A stretch of DNA of 64,000 nucleotides, taken from NCBI GenBank assembly GCA_963836755.1, contig CAWIKF010000001.1, forward strand, positions 416,001-480,000, given 5' to 3'. Below, one piece after another: positions 52,416 to 62,534 of the stretch (its first letter is position 1; each line of letters starts with the position of its first letter). The DNA is from an uncultured Verrucomicrobiae bacterium. GTDB taxonomy: Bacteria; Verrucomicrobiota; Verrucomicrobiia; Chthoniobacterales; Chthoniobacteraceae. A program made the position numbers and the translations under genes. The notes beneath the pieces are model-generated. The model had not been told where the DNA came from and searched no databases. It saw nothing but the letters and a program-made list of their open reading frames with translations.

Positions 52416-53738
52416 ATGAGTGAACCAATCATCGAAGTTAAAGGCTTGTCGAAAAGATATCGGCTTGGCGAAATAGGGTCGACTTCGCTCAAAGAGGAAG
52501 TGGAACGCCTGTGGAATCGAGCGCGGGGGAAGGATAGTGGTAAGATAAGCAAGGACTTCTGGGCCTTAAAGGACGTATCGTTTAAGATTCAGCCGGGTGA
52601 GGTGGTCGGAGTAATTGGTCGAAATGGAGCGGGGAAATCAACTCTTCTAAAAATACTTTCGCGTATTACTCAACAAACCACTGGCGAAATTACTTTGCGT
52701 GGGCGAATTGCAAGTCTCCTGGAAGTCGGCACCGGATTTCATCCTGAGCTTAGTGGCCGCGAGAACATTTTCCTCAATGGCGCCATACTCGGTATGACAA
52801 AGGGGGAAATCCGTAAGAAGCTCGATACCATTGTTGATTTCTCGGGAGTAGAGAAGTTTCTCGACACTCCGGTTAAGCGCTATTCGTCGGGGATGTATGT
52901 TCGCCTTGCATTCGCGGTCGCTGCACACCTTGATCCGGAAATCTTAATCGTAGACGAAGTGCTGGCTGTCGGTGATGCTGAATTTCAAAAAAAGTGTCTG
53001 GGAAGAATGAAAGACGTCGCCACCGGTGGACGGACGGTTCTTTTCGTAAGTCACAACATGAATGCCATCGAGTCTCTCTGCGGGCACATCATTCATTTGC
53101 AGGCGGGACAAGTGCGCGAACAGACTCATGCCGTCAAAGAAGCGATTAGTCACTATATGTCCTTCGGTCGCGATGAAACGACTCAGAGTGAATGGTCCAA
53201 TTCTTCGGGCTCGTTGGAAAATCGGTGGTTTAGACCTTCACGATTTTATTTGGCCGACGAGGCTGGGCGAGTAGCAAAGATGCCGGTTCGCAACGACAGA
53301 CCGCTCTATGTTTACATCGAGGGCGATGTTGAGGAGCGCGAAAATGCACTAAACATAGGCTATGCACTCTACGACGAAGCTGGCTCGCTTCTCTTTTGGT
53401 CGTGCAACACCGATGTCGCTGAACAACAATGGGCCAAGTTGGAACCCGGCCGCAACACTCTGAGATGTGCGATTCCTCAACGATTGCTCAACCAAGGGAA
53501 TTACCGCATGGAGTTGATCGTAGCGCTTTATCAGCGGCAATGGATTAGTTGCCCTGGCTCGAATGCACCCGCGATTACGCTTTCAATCCAGGGAGGATTA
53601 AGTGATTCACCGTATTGGATGGAGCGTCGCCCAGGAATTCTGGCCCCGGTCTGTGGCTGGACCCGCGCTGATGCTGATAAAGGCTCGGGGTTTTGTATCG
53701 AAGAGCCAGAGGAACTTGAAGTAAGCAACAGTAACTAA
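52416..53738 (+). CDS. wzt: ABC polysaccharide exporter ATPase Wzt with C-terminal domain
   Basis: GRNGAGKS, YSSGMYVRLAF, DEVLAVGD and a C-terminal beta-sandwich extension. Confidence 0.93.
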   Translation: MSEPIIEVKGLSKRYRLGEIGSTSLKEEVERLWNRARGKDSGKISKDFWALKDVSFKIQPGEVVGVIGRNGAGKSTLLKILSRITQQTTGEITLRGRIASLLEVGTGFHPELSGRENIFLNGAILGMTKGEIRKKLDTIVDFSGVEKFLDTPVKRYSSGMYVRLAFAVAAHLDPEILIVDEVLAVGDAEFQKKCLGRMKDVATGGRTVLFVSHNMNAIESLCGHIIHLQAGQVREQTHAVKEAISHYMSFGRDETTQSEWSNSSGSLENRWFRPSRFYLADEAGRVAKMPVRNDRPLYVYIEGDVEERENALNIGYALYDEAGSLLFWSCNTDVAEQQWAKLEPGRNTLRCAIPQRLLNQGNYRMELIVALYQRQWISCPGSNAPAITLSIQGGLSDSPYWMERRPGILAPVCGWTRADADKGSGFCIEEPEELEVSNSN

Positions 53739-53741
53739 GCT

Positions 53742-54398
53742 ATGGGCAATATACGATTCGGAGCACCTCGAGAACTTGTTTTGTGGTTGCGCGACACCTT
53801 CAAAGTCAAGACCTTTGTCGAAACTGGGACTAATCGTGCGGATACCACGGTATGGGCATCGGGAGAATTTGAGAAGGTGATTACAGTCGAAGGATTCGAG
53901 CCGCTTTACCAGGAAGCTGTAAACAACTTCGGCGAGCGCAAAAACATTACATTTCTACTCGGCGACAGCCGTGACCACATTCGCGATTTGTCCAACACCA
54001 TCACCGAACCTGCCATATTCTGGCTCGACGCGCATTGGTGCGGCGAACATACGTTTGGTAGCTCGGATGAATGTCCGGTGATGGATGAACTGCAAGCATT
54101 GATTAGAAGCGCGGTTCCTCATTTTATACTTATTGATGACGCGCGCCTTTTCCTGGCTCCGCCTCCCCGGCCTCACCAGGCGGATCATTGGCCTGACATA
54201 GCTAGAATCTGCGAGGTGCTCACCCAACCTAGCGCCAACTGCTATGTTGCGGTGCAAGACGACGTCATTATCGCCGTGCCAGCTTCTGCAAAGCTGGAGA
54301 CAATCGAGTTTCTTCGTGATCACGAGACACCGAAGGCTACAGTTGAGCTCAACCAACCAAAGTTGCGTCACAGGATTCGACAGCGCCTCGGCCTGTAG
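53742..54398 (+). CDS. class I SAM methyltransferase-like protein
   Basis: FVETGT, GDS, FWLDAH and ILIDDAR motifs. Confidence 0.7.
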   Translation: MGNIRFGAPRELVLWLRDTFKVKTFVETGTNRADTTVWASGEFEKVITVEGFEPLYQEAVNNFGERKNITFLLGDSRDHIRDLSNTITEPAIFWLDAHWCGEHTFGSSDECPVMDELQALIRSAVPHFILIDDARLFLAPPPRPHQADHWPDIARICEVLTQPSANCYVAVQDDVIIAVPASAKLETIEFLRDHETPKATVELNQPKLRHRIRQRLGL

Positions 54399-54431
54399 AC
54401 CCAGATCATTGCACCAAATTTAGCGGATCCT

Positions 54432-55178
54432 ATGGCAAATACTTTCATGAAGGGGGTTGTGAAAAAGGCGTTCAACACCTGCGGTTTTGAGGTGGCTCGA
54501 AGACAATCCGGGACTAATCGGCACGAAATCTCGTATCCGCCTACTACGTGGCTTTCTAAGTTTAATGTGCGCACAGTATTGGACATAGGTGCTAACGAAG
54601 GTGATTTCGCCCGCGCGATTGGAGGACGCCTTCCTGCTGCGAGGATCTATTCGTTTGAACCCTTGGCTGGCGCGTATGCAAAGCTCTGTGAAAAGACAAA
54701 CGGCTTCGCCCAATACAAGGCCTACAATTTTGCCTTGGGAGACGTCAGCGGCCAACTTGAGATACATCGCAACGCTTATTCGCCAAGCTCCTCGATCCTC
54801 CCGATGAGTGCGCTGCATCGGACGTCATTCCCCATCGCTTCACACGATGCAGGCGTCGAAAAAATTGAGATTCGACGACTTGATGATATCGCAGAGGATA
54901 TGGGTTTTCTCGATGACGTATTTGTAAAAATCGATGTTCAAGGTTTCGAGGCGAACGTGATTCGCGGCGGACAACAAGCATTGAAGCGCGCCAAGGTAGT
55001 GATCGTGGAAACGAGTTTTGATCTGCTGTATGAGAACCAGCCTTTATTCGACCAAATTTATGGAATGATGAAGGAGCTCGGCTTTCTATACAGTGGGAAT
55101 TGGGATCAACTTATCGATCCTGCGAGCGGCCGCATTTTACAGGCGGATGCGATATTCATTTCTCGATCGCTTTCGTAG
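54432..55178 (+). CDS. FkbM-family methyltransferase
   Basis: LDIGANEG, SFEP and KIDVQGFE motifs. Confidence 0.92.
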   Translation: MANTFMKGVVKKAFNTCGFEVARRQSGTNRHEISYPPTTWLSKFNVRTVLDIGANEGDFARAIGGRLPAARIYSFEPLAGAYAKLCEKTNGFAQYKAYNFALGDVSGQLEIHRNAYSPSSSILPMSALHRTSFPIASHDAGVEKIEIRRLDDIAEDMGFLDDVFVKIDVQGFEANVIRGGQQALKRAKVVIVETSFDLLYENQPLFDQIYGMMKELGFLYSGNWDQLIDPASGRILQADAIFISRSLS

Positions 55179-55199
55179 ACAAGGTCCGAACTTTTCAAA

Positions 55200-55964
55200 A
55201 TGGCGACCTTCAGCATCATAACTGCGAACTATAATTCCGGGGACAAGATCCGCCGGACGTTCGACTCGATGCAGGGGCAGGACGTGGACATTGAATACGT
55301 AGTGGTGGATGGAGCCTCCACAGATGGCAGCTTGGAAATCGCGAGATCGTTGAAACCAACGGAGAATATTGCCGTCAAAATCGTCTCCGAACCTGACGGC
55401 GGGGTTTATGAAGCAATGAATAAAGGAGTGAAGTTGGCAAAAGGCCGCTATCTCTATTTTCTCGGCGCCGGTGATACCCTTCACCCTGGATCATTGCAGG
55501 AGGTGCAGCGCCGACTTCCGTTTCATGACTGCGGCTTCCTTTACGGCGACGTCATCTATAAAGGAGAACGCTATGACGGTATCTTTGATCGGGCCAAACT
55601 AAGTCATCAAAATATTTGTCATCAGTCTATTTTTTACGGACGCGAAGTGTTCGGTCTTTGCGGCGAATACAATCTGCGGTATCGACGGCTTGCTGATTGG
55701 GAGATGAATATGAGGTGCTTTTCAGATAGGAACATTTCGAAATCTTATATGGATTTCGTGGTTGCCAATTTCGAAGAGGGTGGAATGAGCCACCTCGGAG
55801 ATACAGAATTCGATCGTGATCAGCTCGACCTAATTCGCCGATACTTAGGCTTGCAATGCTACTGGAATAAAAGATGGCCAGCGATTGAGGGAGCTTTGAA
55901 GGAGAAGTTCCAGCGAGTCAGGGCAAAGTTCGTGAGTCATCGCAAGGTCGCTCTCAAGCCATGA
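55200..55964 (+). CDS. GT2 glycosyltransferase (WcaE-like)
   Basis: VVDGASTDG, SEPDGGVYEAMNKG and ICHQS motifs. Confidence 0.92.
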   Translation: MATFSIITANYNSGDKIRRTFDSMQGQDVDIEYVVVDGASTDGSLEIARSLKPTENIAVKIVSEPDGGVYEAMNKGVKLAKGRYLYFLGAGDTLHPGSLQEVQRRLPFHDCGFLYGDVIYKGERYDGIFDRAKLSHQNICHQSIFYGREVFGLCGEYNLRYRRLADWEMNMRCFSDRNISKSYMDFVVANFEEGGMSHLGDTEFDRDQLDLIRRYLGLQCYWNKRWPAIEGALKEKFQRVRAKFVSHRKVALKP

Positions 55965-56917
55965 CTCCGATTGTTTCCATCATTATTCCGACGTATAAGC
56001 ACCGAGACTATATCTTGGATGCGTTGAACGGAGCGTTCGCACAGACCTTCAAGAATTACGAGGTGATCGTAGTCAATGATGGATCTACTGATGATACAGC
56101 CGAAGTATTGCGACCTTTGATAGAGACCGGTAAAATCCGTTACATTGAGCAACCGAATGCCGGTCAGGCAGCCGCGCGCAATCGCGGATTAGCAGAAGCC
56201 AAAGGCAAATTTGTTGCACTTCTCGATGATGATGATCGATGGCCATCAGACAAACTCGAATGGCAGGTGGAGTGTCTATCGGCGCACCCAGAGAGCGTCC
56301 TCGTTTACGGATTGGGACAGGACCTAGGCTCGCCAGAAAACATTTTCCCGATCGGCACCGCACCTTCTGGGGATGTTCGGCTTAAATTCGCCGAGGAAAA
56401 TCACATTCGTTCACCAGGTGTTACTCTCATCCGCACTGAAGCTTTGCGTGCGGTTGGAGGCTTCGATGAGACAATCTGGGGAGTCGATGACTGGGATCTC
56501 TATCTCAGACTTTCGTGCATAGGCGACTTTTCCTACTTGCCGAGTCTGGCTCTTTACTATCGAACTCATGAAGGCAACGCATCGCACGACATTTTGCGGC
56601 TATACAAAAACGCAGTGCTGCTCTGCAAAAAACACGCGCGACTTTTCTCGTCACTTGGCATCTCCGGCAGCATGCCATCCCGGATGAAACGATACTTCGT
56701 CAATGGTTGCATCACGGAGGCAATCCATGCGCGTGAGTCAGGCGATCTCGCACAAGCCCGGCGTCTGTGGGTGGCAGCGATGCGGTTGGATGTGCTTGCA
56801 TGTTTTAAAGCATATTTTTTGAAAGAGTTGCTGCTTGTTTTTGCGCCATTCTGGTCACGCCCGAGCTTACTATTTGTTGGAACATGGCTCCGGAAACAGC
56901 GAGCGGATGGTGTATGA
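55961..56917 (+). CDS. GT2 glycosyltransferase
   Basis: VSIIIPTY, VNDGSTD, ARNRG, LDDDD and DDWDL motifs. Confidence 0.92.
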   Translation: MTPIVSIIIPTYKHRDYILDALNGAFAQTFKNYEVIVVNDGSTDDTAEVLRPLIETGKIRYIEQPNAGQAAARNRGLAEAKGKFVALLDDDDRWPSDKLEWQVECLSAHPESVLVYGLGQDLGSPENIFPIGTAPSGDVRLKFAEENHIRSPGVTLIRTEALRAVGGFDETIWGVDDWDLYLRLSCIGDFSYLPSLALYYRTHEGNASHDILRLYKNAVLLCKKHARLFSSLGISGSMPSRMKRYFVNGCITEAIHARESGDLAQARRLWVAAMRLDVLACFKAYFLKELLLVFAPFWSRPSLLFVGTWLRKQRADGV

Positions 56918-57933
56918 GTGCCGCTCTATCCAACGGGGATACACGGATGGGGTGGAACGGCAGCAATGATATCCTAGATGCTGATGCGGAGAAGCTCGAA
57001 GCGGAGCCACTGGTTAGTTGCATCATTCCCAATTACAACAATGCGGAACTCATCGGGGAGACTATAACGTCGTGTCTCGAGCAAACTCATGCCAAGCTGG
57101 AAATCATTGTCGTGGACGATGGCAGCACGGATGGCTCCATTGATGTTCTTCAGCGTTTTCAGGGACAAATAAAAGTTGTTCGCCAAAAAAATCGGGGAGT
57201 TAGTGTGGCCAGGAACATTGGAGCACATTATTCGTCTGGCTCCTTGCTTTGCTTTTGTGATTCGGATGATGTTTGGCTTCCGACAAAGTTGGAGCGGCAG
57301 ATTGCTTTGATGGCGCAGAACATGTCAGCATCAGCGTGCCACACGGACTACGAACCTTTCGGATCTGCAGTTGAGGGAGTGAATGGTGTTAACGAGAGTA
57401 GACGGCGGTATGCAGTTGATCCCTCGAGCTTGCTACAGCAAAATCGCGTCATCCTCAGCTCACTCATGATGCGGCGAAGCGCATTCATACGAGCCGGAGG
57501 TTTCCGGGCGGGACTATTCTATCCGGCTGACTGGATGCTATGGACTGCCTTGGAGGAGTTGGGACCTATTCTCTATCTGGATCAGGTCTTAATTAAGTAT
57601 CGAATGCATGGCAACAATTCGAGTGTTCAGGCGCGGTTGCCGCACGTTCTCGAAGCTGTCGCGGCAAAGTTTTTTCATCGCATTATGATCGCTGCCAAGG
57701 GAGCGGCTGGGGCAGCCGGTGAGGCCGAAGTCCGCCACGCGTCTGAACATATCGACCATGAAATCGGGCAGGTCCTTTCATTGCTGAATCGCGAGAACGC
57801 AATGCATCAAGCGATCCGCCGGTTCATGCTACAACTTAGATGCGGCTTTCGTCTTCGTTGGTGCGTTGAGACGCTTCCGTATCTGTTGAATAAGCGGAGC
57901 CTGCACAAAAGCATCGGGGTGAACTCCAAATGA
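56914..57933 (+). CDS. GT2 glycosyltransferase
   Basis: VSCIIPNYN, VDDGSTD, ARN and DSDD motifs. Confidence 0.92.
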   Translation: MSAALSNGDTRMGWNGSNDILDADAEKLEAEPLVSCIIPNYNNAELIGETITSCLEQTHAKLEIIVVDDGSTDGSIDVLQRFQGQIKVVRQKNRGVSVARNIGAHYSSGSLLCFCDSDDVWLPTKLERQIALMAQNMSASACHTDYEPFGSAVEGVNGVNESRRRYAVDPSSLLQQNRVILSSLMMRRSAFIRAGGFRAGLFYPADWMLWTALEELGPILYLDQVLIKYRMHGNNSSVQARLPHVLEAVAAKFFHRIMIAAKGAAGAAGEAEVRHASEHIDHEIGQVLSLLNRENAMHQAIRRFMLQLRCGFRLRWCVETLPYLLNKRSLHKSIGVNSK

Positions 57934-59171
57934 GGCTCGCTTTTATCAGCTATGAGTATCCGCCGGATACGGCAGTTGGCGGAATAGCCACCTATATCGA
58001 ACAAGCGGCGCGTTTGATGGTCTCGCGCGGCCACAACGTCGAAGTGTTCTCAGCAAGCCTTCGAAGCGACAGAGTCCATGAGGAGAACGGGATACTCATT
58101 CACCGAGTTTGTGAGGCGAGCCGTGAGAACTTTGCCCGGCGAATTGCTCCCGTCTTTCAGGCCAGACATGCAGTCATCCCTTTTGACGTGATTGAAGGCC
58201 CTGAATACTATAGCGACGCACGTGCGATTACCTCATTGGTGCCTGAGATTCCATTGGTTGTGAAGCTCCATACCCCCTCGTATCTGATATGGAGGATGAG
58301 TTACGGCCAAAGCTGGGTGAACAACGTCCGGCACTTCTTCGGCTCACGCCTCCGTGGAACAAAGCCGTGTTGGGATCCGATGTCTAACTTCGAATGGACT
58401 CATGCTCTCGATGCCGATGAAGTAACAACTCCTTGTGCTTCCTTGGGAGACGTGGTCACACAGGATTGGAATCTGGATCCAAAGCGAACCGATCTTGTCC
58501 CGAATCCATTCGTTCCACCAGCGGCGTTCCTCGACCTACCCGCTACCACTGGGAAGATTGTCACCTTTATCGGCAGACTGGAAGTTCGAAAAGGTGTCCT
58601 GGATTTTGCGGCGGCGATTCCGGCGATTCTACGGAGGCATCCGGACGCTCAATTTAAACTTGTAGGTCGGTCTGTGGAGATAAAGCCTGGGGTAGATATG
58701 CTGGAGGTTTTGAAACGAAAGCTGAAAAACTACTCAAGCGCCGTTGAGTTCACTGGATCGGTAGAACAAGATCGTCTTCGCTCGATCCTTGCGCTCACAG
58801 ATATCTGCGTGTTCCCGAGTATTTGGGAAAATTTTCCGAATGTGTGCCTCGAGGCGATGGCAGCGGGAAAGGCTATCGTCGCGAGCAGCGCGGGCGGAAT
58901 GGCGGAAATGTTGGATAACGGAACCTGTGGCTTCCTTGTGAAACCGCGGCGACCACGCGAGTTGGCGGATGCCGTGAACTCTCTTTTGGATGACCCACCC
59001 TTGCGACAGAAGTTGGGGCATAGCGCGCGGCAGCGCGTGTTGTCAGAGTATAGCGCGCTGCGAATTGGCGAGTTAATGGAAGAGTCGTATCATCGCGCAA
59101 TTGTCAGGCGACGAAACTTGGGCCCTAGGCTTGGTGCCAAGATACAGGATAGAAAATCCATCCATGCGTGA
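57930..59171 (+). CDS. GT4 glycosyltransferase
   Basis: YEYPP...GGIATY, GRLEVRKG and ENFPNVCLEAM motifs. Confidence 0.92.
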   Translation: MRLAFISYEYPPDTAVGGIATYIEQAARLMVSRGHNVEVFSASLRSDRVHEENGILIHRVCEASRENFARRIAPVFQARHAVIPFDVIEGPEYYSDARAITSLVPEIPLVVKLHTPSYLIWRMSYGQSWVNNVRHFFGSRLRGTKPCWDPMSNFEWTHALDADEVTTPCASLGDVVTQDWNLDPKRTDLVPNPFVPPAAFLDLPATTGKIVTFIGRLEVRKGVLDFAAAIPAILRRHPDAQFKLVGRSVEIKPGVDMLEVLKRKLKNYSSAVEFTGSVEQDRLRSILALTDICVFPSIWENFPNVCLEAMAAGKAIVASSAGGMAEMLDNGTCGFLVKPRRPRELADAVNSLLDDPPLRQKLGHSARQRVLSEYSALRIGELMEESYHRAIVRRRNLGPRLGAKIQDRKSIHA

Positions 59172-59234
59172 TTCTATTTCCAGCTCTCTCGTCCGCTCGT
59201 CTCCTTTTCCGGCGTTCAGTTTGAAGCAGCAGTG

Positions 59235-60224
59235 ATGGAGGTATCAGTCATCATCATAACTCTAGATAGGCCCGACTACTTGCGGCGCTGCCTGGAGTGT
59301 CTTCGAGCACAGACTGAAATGCCGATGGAAATCATCGTCGTTGATGCTTCGAAGCAAACCGCCACTGCTACGATGCTTCAAGAAAGGTTCCCGCAGGTGG
59401 TGTATTTGCGCAACGAACAAGGCTATGGGAATATGCCCATGTCGCGCAACATCGGCCTCAGGTCCGCAAAAGGTGAGGTCATAGCTTATCTCGACGATGA
59501 TGCGTATGCGGAGCCGCAATGGCTGGAAGAAATAGTCGCGGCTTATGCCGATGAACATGTAGGAGCAGTGGGAGGTCGCGCTAAGAACGGCCAGCCGGGA
59601 GAATCGAGCCGAGGAGCCAATGAAATCGGTAAAATTCTGCCCAATGGTTTGATCACACAGAACTTTGGCGCCGATCCGGGAACGATTGTCGAGGTGGATA
59701 TAGTTCTGGGATGCAACATGTCCTTTCGCCGAGATGTGCTCGCACGGCTCGGCGGATTTCGTGAAAATTACACCGCCACCTGCAACTGCGAAGAAACCGA
59801 CATGTGTTCCCGCGTCAAAAAGTTGGGGTTCAGCATTAGCTTCAATCCCAAAGCCTGCGTAGAGCATGTCGGCGCCCCGCAAGCAAAAGGCCGCCGGATG
59901 GATCTGCGGTATGACATTTTTGGCTGCCGGAACTATTTGATGTATCTCGTAATAAATTACGGGATATTCTCGAGATTCTTCTACCTCGCCCTGGGCTATC
60001 TACTATATAGCTCCGCAAAGGATTTCGCGAGAAAGGCGGGAGGCGCTGGCTTGTCGATGATCTGCAGAGTCATCGGAGTAGCAACTGGTCTCTGCATGGG
60101 GCTGGTCCTTCGTTCCATGCATGGTTCTGCGCCTGAAAGGCGTGATGAGGAAGGCGAGAAAATACGCCGCTTACTTTCAAGCTCACCGTCGCCGTTGCTT
60201 CCGGAGGATGTGAGAACGGGTTAA
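59235..60224 (+). CDS. GT2 glycosyltransferase
   Basis: VSVIIIT, SRNIG, YLDDD, GCNMSFRR and EETD motifs. Confidence 0.92.
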   Translation: MEVSVIIITLDRPDYLRRCLECLRAQTEMPMEIIVVDASKQTATATMLQERFPQVVYLRNEQGYGNMPMSRNIGLRSAKGEVIAYLDDDAYAEPQWLEEIVAAYADEHVGAVGGRAKNGQPGESSRGANEIGKILPNGLITQNFGADPGTIVEVDIVLGCNMSFRRDVLARLGGFRENYTATCNCEETDMCSRVKKLGFSISFNPKACVEHVGAPQAKGRRMDLRYDIFGCRNYLMYLVINYGIFSRFFYLALGYLLYSSAKDFARKAGGAGLSMICRVIGVATGLCMGLVLRSMHGSAPERRDEEGEKIRRLLSSSPSPLLPEDVRTG

Positions 60225-60225
60225 T

Positions 60226-61470
60226 ATGGAATGCACTTCCCAAATCCAGCCTTCACTTGAGCATTTCGAGCGAGAGGAGCACACGATGCATATTTGCTTC
60301 CTGAACATGCAAATCGAGTATTACTCGCCTATTTCTGGAGGGGCTATCGCCACGGGCATCATGCAGCATGCGCGAAACTTTGTTAATCTCGGACATCAGG
60401 TGAGCGTTCTGACGATTACTAGCGCAGACGAAACCTATGCGGCGGGTGAGGTGATTCCGCTCGACGGCCGAAGCCGTGAAAGCCTCAACTTTGTGCAGCG
60501 CCGCCTCTCGAGTCTACGTCGCCGCTTGCAGAGCTGGGATTATCCCTACTATGAATACTATTGGAGATCCTGCAGAAAGGCCCTCGAAAGGCTATGTCCT
60601 GCTCCAGATGTGATCGTTCTTCACAATGACTTTGTAACTCCCAGATACCTAAAACGAATCTTGCCAAACACAAAAGTCGTCTTGGTTTTGCATAACGAGC
60701 AGAGGACCAGCTTACGCGACAAGGCCCGAGCAACAGAAAATGTGGACCTCTTTCTCCCAGTGAGTCGCTACATTCAGGAATGGACGGCGTCAAATTACCC
60801 AATCCCGCCCGTAAAGTTTGGTTCTTCGTGGAATGGCGTCGATCTCGAAGCATTCACTCCCCGAGTCGATTTTCTCGAACCCTCAATTCCGCTTCGGGTG
60901 CTTTTCATCGGCCGCATCGATCCGAACAAGGGCCCTGACATTGCCGCAGATGCTGTGACCGAGCTTCGAAAAGAAGGTATACCAATTTCGCTGACAGTTG
61001 CTGGTGGTCTCTGGTTCTATGGACATGGAGACGAAATGAATGACCCATACTTCCGGCTTCTGAAATCAAAGATGGACGCAGCAGAGGCATCTTGCCTCGG
61101 ACATGTAGTCAGGGCCGATGTGCCGAAGCTCATTCGAGACCATGACGTCGTTTGTGTTCTTTCGCGGTCGCAGGAGCCCTTCTCGCTCGTAGCCCTTGAA
61201 GCGATGGCTTCAGGGTGCGCAGTCGTTGCATCGAATCGCGGAGGATTGCCCGAAGCTTGCGGTGGTGCGGCCGTTCTGCTGGATCCGGATGATTTTTCGG
61301 AAGTAGTTAATCAATTAAGATCACTGGCAACGGATCCGAGCCGGTTGAAAGCATTGAAGATGAAGTCTTATGAGCGTGCGCAAGCTGAGGCTTGGTCTGC
61401 GAAAACGGAAGCGCTCGAGGCGGTGCTGAAACGAGAATTGGAACTGACAAGGGCTACCTCATTCCTGTGA
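60226..61470 (+). CDS. GT4 glycosyltransferase
   Basis: NGVD, FIGRIDPNKG and EPFSLVALEAMASG motifs. Start may be the later MHICF Met. Confidence 0.92.
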   Translation: MECTSQIQPSLEHFEREEHTMHICFLNMQIEYYSPISGGAIATGIMQHARNFVNLGHQVSVLTITSADETYAAGEVIPLDGRSRESLNFVQRRLSSLRRRLQSWDYPYYEYYWRSCRKALERLCPAPDVIVLHNDFVTPRYLKRILPNTKVVLVLHNEQRTSLRDKARATENVDLFLPVSRYIQEWTASNYPIPPVKFGSSWNGVDLEAFTPRVDFLEPSIPLRVLFIGRIDPNKGPDIAADAVTELRKEGIPISLTVAGGLWFYGHGDEMNDPYFRLLKSKMDAAEASCLGHVVRADVPKLIRDHDVVCVLSRSQEPFSLVALEAMASGCAVVASNRGGLPEACGGAAVLLDPDDFSEVVNQLRSLATDPSRLKALKMKSYERAQAEAWSAKTEALEAVLKRELELTRATSFL

Positions 61471-62507
61471 CAACATTGACCAATCAACCGGTGCCTGAAG
61501 CCAGTTCTATCAGTGCCAACACTTGCCCGATTTGCGGCAGCGGCGAGTTTGAGCCGTTGTTTCAAGTTCCTTTCCCGAAACATACTTCTTTCGAAGGCAA
61601 GGGCTTTCCGCTGAGTTTTAAGCTCGATGTTCCTTCTTGGAGGATCGTGAAGTGCAAAGGTTGTTCCGTCCGTTATCCAAATCCCTATCCGTCTAAAGAA
61701 TCGATCGTTCGGTATTACGCCGATCAACTCGAGCCAAGCGACTGGGAAATGGAACACTATGTCGATATCCCTCAAAAAGGACGCGAGTCCTGGGCGCGAT
61801 TCGCACGCAACCTTACGCTGTTGAATAAGGGGCCAGGCTCAATGCTCGAAATAGGCTGCGCTGCCGGATGGGTCTTGCACGCCGCTCGTGAACAAGGTTG
61901 GGACGCGCATGGTATTGAAGCCTCGCCAAAGTTTCAGAAGTATGCGGCGACAACGCTCAAACTTCCTGTGAGACTAGGGACGATCGAGGATGTCGACTTT
62001 GAAGAAAAGAAATTCGACGTCATTATCAACACCGATGTCATAGAACATCTCTTCGATCCAGTTGCAGACTTGCAACGACTAAGGAAGATGATCAAGCCAA
62101 ATGGCTATCTTGTGATGGCCACGTGTGACATTGGAAGCGCCTGTGCATCATTCTGGGGTCTGGGCTGGCGTCAGCTTGTGATCAGTCACACCGTTTATTG
62201 GACTAAACACTCGATGGCTGTCGCGCTAAATCGAGCCGGGTTTCGGGTGGAACGCTACTCTGAACCGCGATACTGGCATCCAGTCTGGTGGAAGGAGATT
62301 CTCTTGCAAGTTCGTGAAATATTCAAATTGGTCGCACGTTACTTCCTGCTAAAAACCTATGTGCCAATAGTGAACAGGAGCCAATGGCTGCAAAAGCTCG
62401 TCGAGGTGCTTTCTCTCGGAAAGCTGGACCATTCGGGAATGCTCTATAGGATCGGCGATCAGCCAGTGCTCGGTGATGTGATGCTAGTTGTTGCCCGGCC
62501 AATATAA
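61467..62507 (+). CDS. class I SAM methyltransferase with N-terminal Zn ribbon
   Basis: CPICG...CKGC, LEIGCAAG and DVIEHL motifs. GTG overlaps the upstream stop. Confidence 0.88.
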   Translation: MTTLTNQPVPEASSISANTCPICGSGEFEPLFQVPFPKHTSFEGKGFPLSFKLDVPSWRIVKCKGCSVRYPNPYPSKESIVRYYADQLEPSDWEMEHYVDIPQKGRESWARFARNLTLLNKGPGSMLEIGCAAGWVLHAAREQGWDAHGIEASPKFQKYAATTLKLPVRLGTIEDVDFEEKKFDVIINTDVIEHLFDPVADLQRLRKMIKPNGYLVMATCDIGSACASFWGLGWRQLVISHTVYWTKHSMAVALNRAGFRVERYSEPRYWHPVWWKEILLQVREIFKLVARYFLLKTYVPIVNRSQWLQKLVEVLSLGKLDHSGMLYRIGDQPVLGDVMLVVARPI

Positions 62508-62534
62508 TACAGCGATGAAATCAGAAAGACTACT

